Shown here in pieces: positions 1 to 12,600 of a stretch of DNA of 64,000 nt; positions within the stretch are counted from its first letter, which is position 1; each line of letters begins with the position of its first letter. This DNA is from Octopus sinensis (Eukaryota). A program made the position numbers and the translations under genes. Location: positions 41,912,001-41,976,000 of the forward strand of contig NC_043014.1 in the NCBI RefSeq assembly GCF_006345805.1. Reading direction: 5' to 3'. The notes under the pieces were generated by a model. The model was not told where the DNA came from. It did not search any database and saw nothing but the letters and a program-made list of their open reading frames with translations.

Positions 1-477
1 TCTTTGCTAGGTGTCTTCCCAAATTAACAACAGGTTGGAAATTAACACTCACTATCTTAATTAACAACATCGACCCTGCACGCACGATGATAACAAGCTC
101 ATATAACAAAACAGTATATGAAGAAAAATTCACATATAATATATAACTTGGAAACAGAACTATGAATATACCAACACACACGAGTTCAAGACATGTCTAT
201 CCTCACGTACACCTCATGAGGAATTTCGGAAAGAACTTCGTGAGACCATTACAGGAACGCTTCCGACAGGTTACAGTAACCGTTAGAAGAATAAGAAAAC
301 CGACTATAACTGTGACTCCGTTACTTCCTAGCGATCTCTGAAGGAGGAATTTTTATATTCCGAAGTATTAGACTATGAATAATTAAATCATTTCTAACAG
401 TTATTATAGTCCACTCTGCATTGTTAAAGCATTCAAGACACGTTACATTTCACAAACAATACGCAATGATTCCTGTG

Positions 478-698
478 AACTACAATACTCACTCATATAT
501 ATATAACTACAATACTCACTCATATATATATAACTACAATACTCACTCATATATATATAACTACAATACTTACTCATATATATATAACTACAATACTCAC
601 TCATATATATATAACTACAATCACTCACTCATATATATATAACTACAATACTCACTCATATATATATAACTACAATACTCACTCATATATATATAACG
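478..698. repeat. 27-bp minisatellite, ~8 copies (AACTACAATACTCACTCATATATATAT)
   Basis: Direct tandem copies seen; explains the repetitive ORFs 421-642 and 443-628. Confidence 0.95.
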
Positions 699-880
699 GG
701 AAGCTTTATGAAAATAAACAAAAGACGAAGGCAGGTGGAATACAAACAAACAATTGTATTAGTATGGCGCTCAGGAATATAAATAAAACAAGTCTTTTAC
801 GTTTCGAGCCTACGCTCTTCAACAGAAAGATACACAGAAAAGAAACACAGAAAGAAACAAGGAGAGAAAAAAATGCGTAT
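697..880 (-). mobile_element. Short PLE-like terminal fragment with hammerhead-like motif, copy 1
   Basis: Reverse complement matches 7826-7995; both copies end CCCGT followed by TATATA. Confidence 0.7.
793..830 (-). ncRNA. Minimal type I hammerhead-like motif (variant core CUGUUGA)
   Basis: UCUUU CUGUUGA A GAGC-GUAG-GCUC GAAA CG UA AAAGA: stems I and II pair; palindromic ACGU helix III as in PLE hammerheads. Confidence 0.6.
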
Positions 881-903
881 ATATATATACTCACACACGC
901 ACA

Positions 904-1887
904 CGAGGTCTGATCAATAAGAATCCGGACCGTTGCCATAGTAGCCATAGAAGCAGAGCTAAAGCGCTCAGAGTGAAGCCGCTAGTACAGATCGACCTTC
1001 AACGCTGCTGTGCATGCGCACTAGGTTTTAACGTTCTGGATTACTTCCGCTGTTTACAACAGTGCTTTGAAGGAACGTGTTTAGCGTGTGATCGTCGCAA
1101 TGTCCATGACAAAGAAAGCTGTCATGGCCATACAAGCTCAGAAGCCTACGCAAAGTTGAAGAAAGTGCATGGACGGGAGTGCACGAGCTACACACAACCG
1201 TACGCGTGGTTTAGATGCTTCCAAAACTGTCGATACTGACGAACGTTCAGGGGAAACCCGCAACAAGTAGAACTGAGAAAGAACATCACAGTTGTGCGTG
1301 CAGCTGTGAGAGGAAGCGTCGAATCACCATTCGGGAGTTATCAGAGAATGTGCAGATTAGTTAGGGTTCAGTTACTCTCTCTCTTTACTTGTTTCAGTCA
1401 TTTGACTGCGGCCATGCTGGAGCACCGCCTTTAGTCGAGCAACTCGACCCCGGGATTTATTCTTTTTTTTTGTAAGCCCAGTACTTATTCTATCGGTCTC
1501 TTTTTGCCGAACCGCTAGGTGACGGGGACGTAAACACACCAGCATCGGTTGTCAAGCAATGCTAGGAGGACAAACACAGACACACAAACAAACACACATA
1601 CATATATATATATAAATATATACGACAGGCTTCTTTCAGTTTCCGTCTACCAAATCCACTCACAAGGCTTTGGTCGGCCCGAGGCTATAGCAGAAGACAC
1701 TTGCCCAAGGTACCACGCAGTGGGATTGAACCCGGAACCATGTGGTTGGTTAGCAAGCTACTTACCACACAGCCACTCCTGCGCCTATGTTCAGTCCATT
1801 ATCCCTGAAGATTTGGCTATGAGTGCGTGCCTGCAAAGTTTGTGCCCAAACTGCTTTCAACTGACCAAAAAGACATTCGGTTTTCAG
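904..1887 (+). mobile_element. Decayed mariner DNA transposon, left TIR plus transposase N-terminus, split by a SINE
   Basis: TIR-like CGAGGTCTGATCAATAAG; frameshifted SEAYAKLKKVHG..YAWFRCF..DERSG..RITIRELSENVQIS*GSV|QSIIPEDL..AKFVPKLLSTDQK (HTH plus WVPK-like motif). Confidence 0.85.
1373..1788 (-). mobile_element. SINE-B full length (tRNA-like head, internal microsatellite)
   Basis: Head GGCGCAGGAGTGGCTGTGTGGTAAG..GGTTCAATCCC; tail GACTGAAACAAGTAAAGAG; TSD GTTCAGT at 1366-1372 and 1789-1795. Confidence 0.92.
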
Positions 1888-2030
1888 TTGTACAAGAGCG
1901 CCTTCTTTCTGTTTTTCTTCTCCTCCCCTTCATTTTTTTCTCTTCTTTTCTCTTCCTCACTATTCCTCTTTGACTCTCTCGTTGCTCACACGTGACCAGC
2001 GGCTATCGCTCTTTTTACCTCTTGCTTTTC

Positions 2031-2067
<37 letters not shown>

Positions 2068-2088
2068 ATCTATCTATCTGTACACATA

Positions 2089-2147
<59 letters not shown>

Positions 2148-2207
2148 TATATATATATATATACATGTATGTGTATGCATATATGTATATATACTTTTAA
2201 ATATAAA

Positions 2208-2286
<79 letters not shown>

Positions 2287-2289
2287 GTT

Positions 2290-2634
2290 CTTTTATTCTT
2301 TTATTGTTTCAGTCATTTGACTGCGATATACTCAAGCAACCGACCCCAGGACGTATCATTTGTAAGCTTAGTCCTTATTCTTTCAGTTTCTCTTGCTGAA
2401 CCGCTCGGCTAAATGACGGGAACGTAAACACACCAGATGTTGGGAGTACAAACACAGACACACAAACGTATATATATATATATATACGACGGGTTTCTTT
2501 CAAGTTTCCGTCTACCAAATCCACTCATAAGGCTATAGTAGAAAACACTTGCCATAGGCGCAATGCAGTGGGACTGAACCCCGAACCATGTGGTTCGTAA
2601 GCAGCTACTTACCACTCAGCCACTCTGGCGTCTA
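2290..2634 (-). mobile_element. SINE-B with internal deletions
   Basis: Homology to 1373-1788. Confidence 0.85.
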
Positions 2635-2635
2635 T

Positions 2636-2698
<63 letters not shown>

Positions 2699-2699
2699 T

Positions 2700-2754
<55 letters not shown>

Positions 2755-3143
2755 TAGAATAGATATAGATATAGATAGATAGGTAGATAGATAGACAGAC
2801 AGATATGCATACACATGTATGTCTGTATATATGTATTATGTAAGTGGATAAATACATACATGTATATGTACATATGTGTGTGTGTATGTGTGGATATGCA
2901 TATACACATGCATGCATAGGCATGTATATAGGTATGAATGCATGTATACGTCATTTATCTACACCTCAATATCTATCTACCTTTTCTGTGTGTAGTGTGT
3001 GTGTCTGTATACACACACATACATATACAACATACATACATACATACATTACATACCTACATACCATACATCCATATATATATATATATATATATATATA
3101 TCTATATAGATATATATATATATATATATATATTAATATAAAT

Positions 3144-3174
<31 letters not shown>

Positions 3175-3811
3175 TATATATATATAATATTATAGGTTTG
3201 TGTGTGTATGCCTGCACATATGTATGTATATTCCAGTCTAGCAAACTGTCTAATTACATGTCTCCACTTCGTGTGTGTTTTTTACTAAACTTCTAAACAC
3301 GTGTAAAATATGTGTTCATACAAATTTACTCAATGCAATTATTATGCATTCATGTTGTTAATGAAACAAATAGCTAACCCCATACAACACAAAAATTGAA
3401 CGAAACAAAAGAAACAAATATCAAATATATAATAAGAATACTGAATAGTTGACTGGAAGTAAATGTACTATCGTATCCTCTGAATTGACGATCAAAGCCT
3501 CCGGTGAAACCCGGAACGAAAGGCCGGCACCAAAATCCGTATTTGCTGGCAAACTTAGTTATTAGAAAATTCGAAATTCGTCACAAGTTGTGGCTAGGCA
3601 ATAATTGGAATATCTGTTGTATTCATTAATGGATAAGCCGCTAATTAATTTCTGGTTATCTCAGACATTTCCTCCTGTGTATGAAACGATTGAAGTTACA
3701 TGCAGTGGAGTTAGTAGTTGGCCCTATGTGTATATATATACGCACACACCACATATATGTATGTATGTGTGTGTTTAGTTACGTATGTGAATTGTATGTG
3801 TTCGCATATGC

Positions 3812-3872
<61 letters not shown>

Positions 3873-4721
3873 GCATGTATGTATATGTATCTTGTATGTA
3901 TATATGGATGGATGGATGAATGGATGTATATGCAAATATAACCTTTTTGTCGGCCATGGATGTGCTCGAGCGCGTGTATAAGTGCCTATTTGTATCTGCG
4001 TGAATATATATGATATACATGCATACATATATATATATATGTGTGTGTGTGCGTGTGTGTGTATAATCATTATCTAATTATATATATATATAAATACACT
4101 CACACATTTTTAACTACCTTTTTTTTGTGTTCTCTTTTATATTTCATATTTCTAGTTTTCGTTCACGCCATTTCGTATATATTTTACTTTATTCATATAT
4201 ATATATATATAATATATATATATATATCTATATAATATATTGTTCAGTAAATTCAAAAAATAAAAATGAATAAAAAAGTATAAAAAAAACTATTCTTTAT
4301 GTTCTCTCTTCCTTCCTTCTTTTCTTTCTTTCCTTGTCTTCTCTAACTCGTCTTGCCTTGTTACAAGGTCTGCTAGTCTCCAGCGGAACACATTGCTCTC
4401 AAGCTGAGTAATGTCCCGACGGCGCCACGAAAAAAATTAGATAAGAGAAGAAAATGAATTTGCTGCTGAGCTGTAAGACATATAAAGTTATTAGCAAAGA
4501 GTTCTTCCCCGCTACGCATAAACGTTGCACACACGCGCGCACACTTACAGGCACACATACACACATCTATCTCCCGTTTTCTGTCTGTCTATTGTTTATT
4601 TCGCTTACTACGTTTCAATCTATCTTTCTACTGCCGCGTGTACAATGTTATAATCATTTTTCAAAAGACTGTCTACTGGACTGCCACCTCTCTCCCTTCT
4701 CTCTCTCTCTCTCTCTCTCTC

Positions 4722-4754
<33 letters not shown>

Positions 4755-4883
4755 TTGTCTCCACCTACACATTGTTTTATATTTTTAGTCGTTTTTCTTT
4801 TCTGTTTTCAGCTTCTGGACTTTGGCCAAGCTGGAGCACCATCCTTGATGTTTTTTAAAATTTCTTTCCTGTTATCGATCTTG

Positions 4884-5165
4884 GAGAAGGACGAAAGGAT
4901 AACACCAGGTGTAAGGGACATGTATATAATAGAACTGCCATAAATCCTTGTGTATAATCCGCATGTTTTTCCCAAAATTTAACGGTCAAAATCTCCAGTT
5001 TTTATGTTTTTGTGTATTTTATGTTATCAAGCTTGCAGAAGAACGAAAGGATAATACCAGGTGTAAGGGACATGTATGTAATAGAATTACCGTAAATCCT
5101 CGAGTATAATCCGCATTTCCCCAAAAAATTTAAAGGTCAAAATACCTAGTGCGTACTATATACGA
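4884..5165 (+). repeat. ~153-bp tandem duplication containing a pogo/Tigger-like TIR start
   Basis: GAAAGGATAA..CCAGGTGTAAGGGACATG occurs twice; TACCGTAAATCCTCGAGTATAATCCGCA resembles pogo-family TIRs. Confidence 0.55.
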
Positions 5166-5359
5166 AGTTAAAAATGAAAAATATTTTCTAAGCAATGTCC
5201 GAGTCTCTATTTGCTGTCCGGCAATGTTTATTCAGATGCATTTTGTGGTGTCGGGCGCAAAAATACCTTAAGCTAAGCCTGAAATCTATGAAGTCATAAA
5301 AGAATCATCCATAAACTTGCAATAAGCAACATTTATTTCTTTATTTTCAGCAAACAAAT

Positions 5360-5626
5360 ATTCTTTTATTTGTTTCAGTCATGTGAGTGCGGCCATATGG
5401 GAGCATCGCGCTTTAGTCGAACATATCGACTCCAAGACTTATTCTTTGTAAGCCTAGTATTTATGCTATCGGTTTGTTTTGCCGAACCGCTAAATTACGG
5501 GGACGTAAACCAACCAGCATCGGTTGTCAAGCGATGTTGGTGGGGGCGGGGGACAAATGCAAATACACAAACACACACACACACATACATACATACATAC
5601 ATACATACATACATACATACATACAT

Positions 5627-5691
<65 letters not shown>

Positions 5692-5832
5692 CGACGAGCT
5701 TCTTTCAGTTCCCGTATGTCAAATGTACTCACAAGGCTTTGACACTTGCCCAAGGAGCCACGCAGTGGGACTGAACCCGGAACCATGTGATTGGGAAGCA
5801 AGCTTCTACCCACACGGTAACTCCGCGCCTAT
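5360..5832 (-). mobile_element. SINE-B with expanded internal (CATA)/(CA)/(TA) tract
   Basis: Homology to other SINE-B copies. Confidence 0.88.
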
Positions 5833-5951
5833 ATGTATGTATAATTGTTTGGAGGATCCAGTGGAATTTTAAATAGAAGGTATTTTAGTAAGAGGTATTT
5901 TAATAAGAACATCAAGGTAGAGTCAAGGACAAGATAACCGTAGACTAAGTT

Positions 5952-6182
5952 GATTTCTTAACTACCCACAAGGGGCTAAACACAGAGGGGACAAACAAGG
6001 ACAGACAAAGGGATTAAGTCGATTACATCGACCCCAGTACGCAACTGGTACTTAATTTATCGACCCCGAAAGGATGAAAGGCAAAGTCGACCTCGGCGGA
6101 ATTTGAACTCGGAACGTAACAACAGACGAAATACGGCTACGCATTTCGCCCGGCGTGCTAACGTTTCTACCAGCTCGCCGCC
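5952..6182 (-). mobile_element. SINE-A monomer (tail type 1)
   Basis: Head GGCGGCGAGCTGGTAGAAACGTTAG, B-box GAGTTCAAATTCC, central GCCTTTCATCCTTTCGGGGTCGATAAATTAAGTACCAG. Confidence 0.9.
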
Positions 6183-6484
6183 TAGTGTACTAAGTGTACT
6201 AGAGTACATACGGATTTGTCCTTCAGTTATACATACATCTGCATGTACCAAATATTCTCAACGGGTACGTAAAATCACAAAGGAATATCTTTCTGCTTGT
6301 ACATTTGTACCTGCGTATATATTCCTCAATTCTGGTTGTGCACACATTTTAACTTTCGACCCAACCCGGTGCCGTACTATTTAAGTGTCTGATTTATTTG
6401 GAACCTGATCTATTTTATATATATGTATACATTATTTACATTATTTACATTTGACGGTTATTTCTCTCCATCTTGTTTGTTGTT

Positions 6485-6530
6485 AACACTTCGTTTCGGC
6501 TGATATACCCTCCAGCCTTCATCAGGTGTC
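6485..6530 (-). ncRNA. Minimal type I hammerhead motif
   Basis: GACAC CUGAUGA A GGCUG-(10)-CAGCC GAAA CG AA GUGUU; canonical core except A in place of U16.1. Confidence 0.65.
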
Positions 6531-6689
6531 CTGGGGAAATTTCGAAACCCAAAATTATGAGTTTTAAACTCAAGATTATGAGTTAAACTGTTTGCTAATT
6601 CTAGCATTTGTTATTTGGTCAATTGATTTTCGATCAGCAGTTTTCGATGAACTGACACCAATGATGATTTAATTATTGCAACAAATAGA

Positions 6690-7645
6690 ACGGAAGAGAG
6701 GGATAAACTTAAAGATAGTTCCTAAAATATTTCCATCTTTCTCTTATAACCTAACATCCTTCCTACGTAAATTCAGAGCACAACACAGACCACGACGTAG
6801 ACCACATCACACCATTCTTAAATATATACTTTATAAACAAGAGGAGAGAACAATAAATACAGCATCTCTGTATATAGGAAAACACAAATATCTATAGATG
6901 TAGACATATTATGAGTGGCTATATACATAAATATATGTAATAAAATCTCTTCTCAAACGAATTTTTCAGTTTCGTCCACTTAAGATGTTTTGAATAAAGA
7001 AATCTTAGAAGCAAAACCAACATTAATTAATAAACGACACCTTTATAAATCAATAGCACGTGCTATAGAACAGTACAGTAAAATATCACCTACTTTGGTA
7101 CAACAGATTCAAAAGACAATAAATAAACAGAAACCATACATATAGTACAAAAACCAAAATACTCTAATTGCAGAATGCACTCTAATTACAGAATGGATAA
7201 ATACGTTATTAAAGAAATTGATAAAACAAAATAAAGTAACGCATCTAAATATAAAACTTAAACACATAAAACTGAATCAAAAAAACAACCTCATCATCAT
7301 GAAAACAAAATTTCATACACAATGTTCTTCTAAAATACAATGTAACAGATAAATACCAAAGCACCATGAAAGTTATAAACTTCACGACTTTAATTGTTAT
7401 ATAGGATATTTTGTTACTGGTTGATCATACCTTTACAATAAGAAGCTATTGCCATACATAATACAATATAGGAAATAAAATTAGATATTAGAAATTGCAA
7501 AGATAATCTGGAACTCGACTGAGGAAAGAAAACTCCGAATGACTCGTCCTTGTTTTCTTTGTATCGCCTAACTGGATGTTTTGTTTCCCTTTTTTGTATC
7601 ACCTAACTGTCTGGATGTTTTGCGTTCTTGTCCCATTTTTGCATT
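6690..7645 (+). mobile_element. Possible decayed Penelope-like 3' portion (GIY-YIG remnant plus terminal region)
   Basis: YILYK...SLYIGK resembles GIY-YIG; KEILEAKPTLINKR resembles the PLE C-terminus; 7490-7550 matches the motif at 31950 and 48500. Confidence 0.4.
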
Positions 7646-7702
7646 TTTATATATATCTATGTCTATATCTATATCTAGATCTCTCTCTCTCTCTCTCCCT
7701 CC

Positions 7703-7733
<31 letters not shown>

Positions 7734-7819
7734 GTCACTTGACCCTGTTATCTCCCCTACTATCCTTCTCGCGTCTGACCACTGTCCGATGTCAGGACGC
7801 CATGATAGATCGTTAGCTC

Positions 7820-7995
7820 CTGCACGCATTTTTTTCTCTCCTTGTTTTTTTTCTGTGTATCTTTCTGTCGAAGAGCGTAGGCTCGAAACGTAAAAGACTT
7901 TTTCTATTTCTATTACTGAGCGCTATACTAATACATTTGTTTGTTTGTACTCCACCTGCCTTCGTCTTTTGTTTATTTTCGTAAACTTTCCCGTT
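7820..7995 (+). mobile_element. Short PLE-like terminal fragment with hammerhead-like motif, copy 2
   Basis: Same family as 697-880; motif at 7860-7897: UCUUU CUGUCGA A GAGC GUAG GCUC GAAA CG UA AAAGA. Confidence 0.7.
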
Positions 7996-8017
7996 ATATA
8001 TATATTTATATATTATA

Positions 8018-8515
8018 CTAGCAGTATCGCCCGGCGTTGCTCGGGTTTGTAAGGGAAATAAGTATATAAGCATTTTTAGAGAGTTATAGCCAAAAAATAG
8101 CAAAAAAATGCATTAAAAATGGGGAAAAAATGATGGTAAATTTTTTTTTAAAATCATTGACTAATCGTAGACATTTTTAGAGAGTTACTTCCCTTATATA
8201 ATAGCGAAAAAATGCATTAAAATGGAAAAAATGATGGTAAATTTTTTTTTAAAATCATTGACTAATCGTAGACATTTTAGAGAGTTACTTCCCTTATATA
8301 ATAGCGAAAAAATGCATTAAAATGGAAAAAATGATGGTAAATTTTTTTTTAAATCGTAGACTCATCGTAGACGCGCGCTAATACCCAGAAGAGCTCGATA
8401 TGAATCACGACTATAAGATACCCGGTTGTGGTTACACTGCACCGCAAAATGTGGGAGTAGTTAGGAATCTAATTCGTAGGAGACAGACACACAACTTCAC
8501 GTGTATATATAAAGA
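8018..8515 (-). mobile_element. Non-autonomous Helitron with internal ~112-bp tandem repeats
   Basis: A|TC 5' end, 3' hairpin CCCGAGCAACGCCGGG then CTAG|T, no TSD. Confidence 0.88.
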
Positions 8516-8996
8516 TATTACTATGGTAATACAGGTAAAGGAGGTTTGCTCTTCAGATCAAAGTATGTCATAGTTACATTCATTCATCAACTCAGTATGT
8601 ACATACATAATCTGGTATGGAAGACAATAATTGACAAGACGGTTTTCTATCTAACTAAATCTCCTTCGTCTCTCCCTATAGAAGCTGATGAGTCAGTCAT
8701 GCAACAAATTGTACTGGGTTGCCTCCAGCGCTTTCATACAACCTGACAAAGCCGCATAACTATGAACTTTGTTATACATTACAACAACAATAAAAACGAC
8801 ATAAATAGCAGTATACAAATTTACAGTTCTTGCATATACTAGCCTGTCCAAAAATGTCATTAGAATTCTATACCTTGAAATATATTTCGCTCCATTGCAA
8901 TCACGTTTGCTTTAAGTACAGCGGGACTGGTTCTACACAAACCATGCCCTTTATAATAATATTCATCGTGTAGGTTGTTCAGCAGCTAAGTGATAT

Positions 8997-9035
<39 letters not shown>

Positions 9036-9158
9036 CAGCAGCAGCAGTGGTAGTGGTAGTGGTAGTAGGAGACGAAGAAGACATAGCAGTAGCACCAGTA
9101 GTACTACCACTTGTAGTAGTAGTAGTAGTTAGTAGTAGTAGTAGTAGTAGTAGTAGTA

Positions 9159-9237
<79 letters not shown>

Positions 9238-9238
9238 A
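8997..9238. repeat. (TAG)n microsatellite
   Basis: Seen directly. Confidence 0.95.
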
Positions 9239-9659
9239 TGGCATCAAGAGCAGCAGCAGCTGCAGAGGAGCACTACAGATGTTCACTCACAACCCCACCA
9301 ACGGACCTAGTGCAGATGAGGTCTTTCAGCTCTTTAGCCACTGATCAAAGAGAAGGTAACTCCGTACAAATCCTACATCCTGATACCGACTGAGCCTTTT
9401 GTCACTTCTAGCTCCAAACCAATACAAGTCTGGATGTCCATACACCATTCCCTTTATTATAATATTCATCGTGTAGGTTGTTCAGCTGACAGTTGTTCGA
9501 ATCTTATCAAAGGCGTAATTAATCGAATTTCACTAAAGTCAATCAAATTTCACAGAACGAACAGTTAGCAAATTTCAACAAGCAGGCAATTCATCGAATT
9601 TTTCCAAACAGTCAGCTGATCGAATTTCACTAACTCAGCAATTGATTGAATATTCTCCT

Positions 9660-12600
9660 ACGGACACTTGATAGAACAAACAGGTCAATGCTGTGGTCAT
9701 GGAGTGTTACTACCTGAACAACCCTGTAGACAAAAATGTTGCTCATATTAGGGGATACAGACTGGTACGTATGATCAATGGAGTGTTTCAAATCACGGAA
9801 CTGAGATTATGTGATCAAGCTTGAGCAATAAAAATAAATCGTTGGTTCACAGACGTAGAGCTCGAAGATCTAATTCTACGTGAAAAGACGTGTATTGGAA
9901 AAAGGCAGCAGTAGAAACGATGAAAACACAGTTCTTATTGATAAAAGTAATCTCATAGCAGAAAACAGAGGTGAGATCCTGAATAAACCACTGGAAAGGA
10001 ACAGTGACAGCTTACTCGATGAGAGACATGTAGATGGTCTGGAAGAAGACAATAAAATTAATGGTGGCAAAAGAGATGAGCAAAAGGCAATCGATGTCAG
10101 AATAAAGGCAAGGCTACAGGAGAACGATAGCGACATTATTTGCAGCCTTAAAAAGGTTAATCGGTGGAAATTGAATCAAGAAACGAAAAATGTGAATGAA
10201 ATTCTGAAATACATCAGAACAAAAAACATCACAGAAACAAATAGTTTGATCAAGGCAGCAAGTATTGTTGTAGCAGAAAATGTCGGTTTTGATGTCAAGA
10301 AAAAGAAATATAATGGAAGTGACAAAAGAAAAGATTCATGGTAGAAAAGAAGAATACAGGCGGGGTTAGATATACTCTCGAAGGACATTTCTGTGTCAGA
10401 TATTAAAGAGAAGTGGGAACTTAAAAGCGAACAAAAGTGCAGGGCACTGAATAAGCAGCATGATTTTGAAAGAAAGGGCCTGAAAGTAGTAATGGTGGTA
10501 CTGCAACAGCGCCTCGTAGCAAATAAAGCAAAGATGGTAAGATACGACCAAAGAATGAATGGATACAGGTAGAATAGGTTATTCAGAGTAGAGTAGATCA
10601 GAAGAGATTCTACAAAGAAATAAATGGAGAGTGTACAGATGAAAAGTTGATACCAGATAACATTGAAAGACAAAAGTTTTGGAGAGACATCTGGAACAAA
10701 GATAAGGAGCACAAGAAGGATGCTGAATGGATGCAAGTACTGTAACAAACAGTAGTCTGTCCACAACAGCCAGAACTAGTCATTTTAGTGAGGGAGGTGA
10801 AGGAAATCAGAAAAAAAAATGGGTAACTGGAAGGCCCCGGGACCAGATAGAGTTCGAGGCTACTGGATCAAAAGATTTGGTGAATGTCATGCATGAACTC
10901 AAGACTTTGTCAAATGCCAACCAAGTAACACCAGAGAGGCTGACAGTGGGCAGGAAAGTGCTGTGCTTGAAAAACGTCGAAAAAGGCAATGCGGTAGACA
11001 ATTACAGGCCGATATCCTGCTTGTCAATTATGTGGAAATTATTGACTAGAATAGTTGCAGAGTCAATGTACGGACATCTGGAAAAGAATGGAGTCCTGCC
11101 TCATGAGCAGAAGGGATGCAAGCGTAGGTGCAGTGGTACCGGGAGGTACCAAGGTCATGGATGGATTATCGTAAGGCATACGATATAATCCCACATTCTT
11201 GGATTATGGAATGTATGAACCTATTTGGTATCGAATACTGAGCGATACCAAATAGGTATGAACCTATTTGCATCGAATATTGAGCGATTGCTCGGAAAAT
11301 GTGTGTTGTTTTGGAGGACGGAACCGGCAGCATATGGAAGAAGCTTCGGGACAACAGAAATCAAGAGAGGCATCTTCCAAGGGGATTGCATGTCCCCACT
11401 GACCTTTGTACTGTGCATGATGTCACTAACACTGATTCTGAGGAAAGCAAAGGCTGGGTATGTATTCAAAAGCCGCCAACAAAAAGTTAACAAATTGTTA
11501 TTCATGGACGATCTCAAACTTTATGGTAAAGATGTATCCTAAGTCAGTTCCCTCGTTGAAACGGTGTATACTTTCAGTGCTGATACCAGAATGGAGTTCG
11601 GACTGAAAAGGCGTGGTTTGTTAGTCTTGAAGAGAGGTAAAGTTAAATGTATAGACGGGCTAGCGATACCGTCGGGAGAGGTTACGAATCAAATACAAGA
11701 GATGGGATATAACTACTTGAGGATTTTGGAAATGGATAAATTGATGGAGAAAGAAATGCTAGAAAAATTTAAGGTGGAGTACTTGCGCAGACTGAGACTG
11801 ATAATTAAGTCGAAATTAGACGGACGGAATAAGATTGAGGCTATCAACACTTGAGCGGTTTCCCTTCTTAGATATGGAGCAGAGGTAATCGCATGGACAG
11901 TAGACGAACTAAACAGCTTAGACAAGGAAGTTGCTGACTAGGTGTGGGGTACAACGCCCCAAAAGTGACACAGACAGACTGTATGTACTAAGAAAAAGAG
12001 GGGAAGAGGACTGATTGGATGCGAACACAACATCAGTGTAGGAGAAAACAATATATCATAGTATGTAAAAAATGCCACACATCCGCTATTATTAGCAGTA
12101 AGGTCAGACTTGTGTAGGATGGAAGATTGCAAAGATAAAGTACTGTACAAGTGCTTGAGAATGAATGAAACTGAAAATAGGTGGATGAAGAAAAGAATGC
12201 ATGGACAATTTCACAGGGATGTTGAAGATAAGAGAGACAGAGAAAAAAGATGGCTGTGGATGATTAAAAGTGATCTAAAACCGGAAACGGAGACTCTAAT
12301 TTGTGCTGCCCAAGAGCAAGCACTAAGAACAAACTTCGTAAAATACAGAATAGACAACACAGCAGAAAGTGGTAAGTGCAGAATTTGTGAAGAAAATGGT
12401 GAAACCGTATGGCATATTACCAGTCAGTGTGCGCCACTAGCCCAGAAATAATATAACAGACGTCATCTCAACATAACAAGGATTGTCTATTGGACACTTT
12501 GCAACAAGTATGGACTTGACAGAGCAAAAAAAGTGGTACGCGCATAAATAAACCCAGAGGCATAATCGAAAATGATAATGCAAAGATCCTTTGAGATTTT

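Noticed and set aside
478-698. CRISPR-sized 27-bp repeats
   Set aside because: Contiguous with no spacers.
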